Assembly (NCBI GenBank): GCA_051294375.1
Contig: CM119271.1
Coordinates: 9,696,291-9,760,290, forward strand
Direction of reading: 5' to 3'
DNA: 64,000 bases
From: Paraspadella gotoi
Taxonomy: Eukaryota > Animalia > Chaetognatha
Below are positions 62,711 through 64,000 of this stretch, piece by piece. The position numbers and the translations under genes were made by a program. The number at the start of each line of letters is the position of its first letter. Position 1 is the stretch's first letter. Below the pieces are notes generated by a model. That model made no database searches. It was not told the DNA's origin and saw nothing but the letters and a program-made list of their open reading frames with translations.

Positions 62711-64000
62711 AGCCTGTTTGGTGGAGTATTGGATACCTCTGGCCCCAGGCAAACGTTGTTAGAACTGTAAAAAGTGTTGTCTTAAAAGTGAGCGATAACA
62801 CATCAACGTAAGAACGTTTCAGAGTCAATCTCCAAGAAGCTTCTGCAAACAATAAAACAAGAAAAATAAGAGAAGAGAAAATAACAATTGAAAAGGAAAA
62901 AGAATTAAATAATTAAGAAATTATAGAAAGAAAAAAGATTTTAATAAAAAGGTTTAAACAATTTTATAATGTTAATAGAGAGTGAACACTCTTTTCTGTT
63001 TTTTTTATTTGTAAGTAGAGAGATAATATGAATTTTGTTACATGTCATAACAAGTTATACGACCGAACGTAATATGGGTCCAGATACGGTGATTCTTATA
63101 GTTAACATCCAGTGTTCGCTGCTTCGTAAATTGTATACATAAACGTTCAGTTTTTTTCTACCTCGTTGGTGGTTGTTGCTTGGTTGTGTATTGTCGAGAT
63201 CGTCGTTCTTATCGACATGCTCGATGGGAATGGAACTGGATCGCTCGGTTTGTGCAATTCAAATCGCTCTCTTCTCAACAAGCTCGTGTCTCTGGGTACC
63301 TGGTATTGTTCGCATTTGTTTGTAAGGTGTTTCTGATGACCGAGCGCGTGGCCGCTAACCTTTTCCACCTTCGGTCCAGCGCAGGCGTTCCTCAGTGTGT
63401 ATTATTTTTGCTTATTCTTCGATCTATTCCCGATAATTACAATGCGGTCATGACTCTTTTGTCGAAAGTTGAATACAAGATTATTTCGAATGAGACTTGA
63501 CTTTGCGCGCCAATAAAATTAAGAATAAATTAACACATTAGTCGTGATATCTGTAAGAGAAATCAGAATCTGCGTAATCCAAGTTTGATCGAATCTTCTA
63601 AATGTTTCAGAAGAGCTCTACGCGAGACATTGGTTTAGTACCTTATTTTGATTGTAATTTTGTGTGTGTGCGTAGTAACAGGGTAACTAAAGGGGCGAAG
63701 GTACTATGATTGTTAAAAAGTAGTGGTTTATTTTCATAGATGTTTAAACTGTGAGCTAGCAATGTTCTATCGCAGACATTATCTCATTCGTGTCTTTTCC
63801 TCAGTATATGTGAGTGTTAGCTTGCTAAACGCCGAGCACATCTGCGTTCAATATGAAAAGATCTGGAGGTAAACATTCTAATATATTATGCATTTGGATA
63901 GCGTGATACTTTCTTCTCCATCTTTTTGCTTCTGATCTGATTTGCCACCAAGAGACTATTGTGTGGGATTGGGTGTAGGTTATTCATTAATCAATCCCGA

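Larger units (their letters stand above)
58265..62960. repeat. ~240-bp inverted repeat pair (58265-58500 and 62720-62960) enclosing ~4.2 kb
   Basis: TTTTCTTGTTTTATTGTTTGCAGAAGCTTCTTGGAGATTG...TTATCGCTCACTTTTAAGACAA...TTTGCCTGGGG pairs with CCCCAGGCAAA...TTGTCTTAAAAGTGAGCGATAA...CAATCTCCAAGAAGCTTCTGCAAACAATAAAACAAGAAAA. Confidence 0.9.

Noticed and set aside
63000-64000. 3' LTR/PPT or env ORF of the Gypsy element
   Set aside because: No similarity to 47457-47809, and only short unrecognisable ORFs are present.

Overview
Eukaryotic genomic window, most likely an invertebrate animal: it has protostome-type U2 snRNA, spliceosomal introns and abundant (AG)n, (TTCA)n and (GAC)n microsatellites. 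The assembly is error-prone and gapped. Bases ~3.7-38.9 kb are a patchwork of direct and inverted copies of one ~11 kb unit. That unit carries a tRNA-derived SINE, a U2 snRNA gene and a multi-exon gene for a ~3-TM protein with a Cys-rich/EGF region. Much of the multiplication is probably fold-back or haplotype artefact. Two DNA-transposon insertions can be checked against empty sites in the window: a TTAA/Kolobok-like element, and an 8-bp-TSD hAT-like element carrying a CsRn1-type Gypsy gag-pro-RT fragment. Next come a frameshifted M16-peptidase (C05D11.1-like) gene segment and a truncated DIRS-type retroelement. The main feature is an intact 3287-aa Ty3/Gypsy-type polyprotein. It has a ~1200-aa pre-Gag extension (unrecognised domain, amphipathic motif, ZZ-type zinc finger), an insertion-rich FIDD reverse transcriptase and a long RNaseH-integrase linker. 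It is followed by a >5.9 kb region with no 3' LTR, containing nested inverted repeats and a duplicated three-exon small membrane-protein gene with an Arg-rich motif. All family assignments come from motif recognition by eye; no database searches were run.
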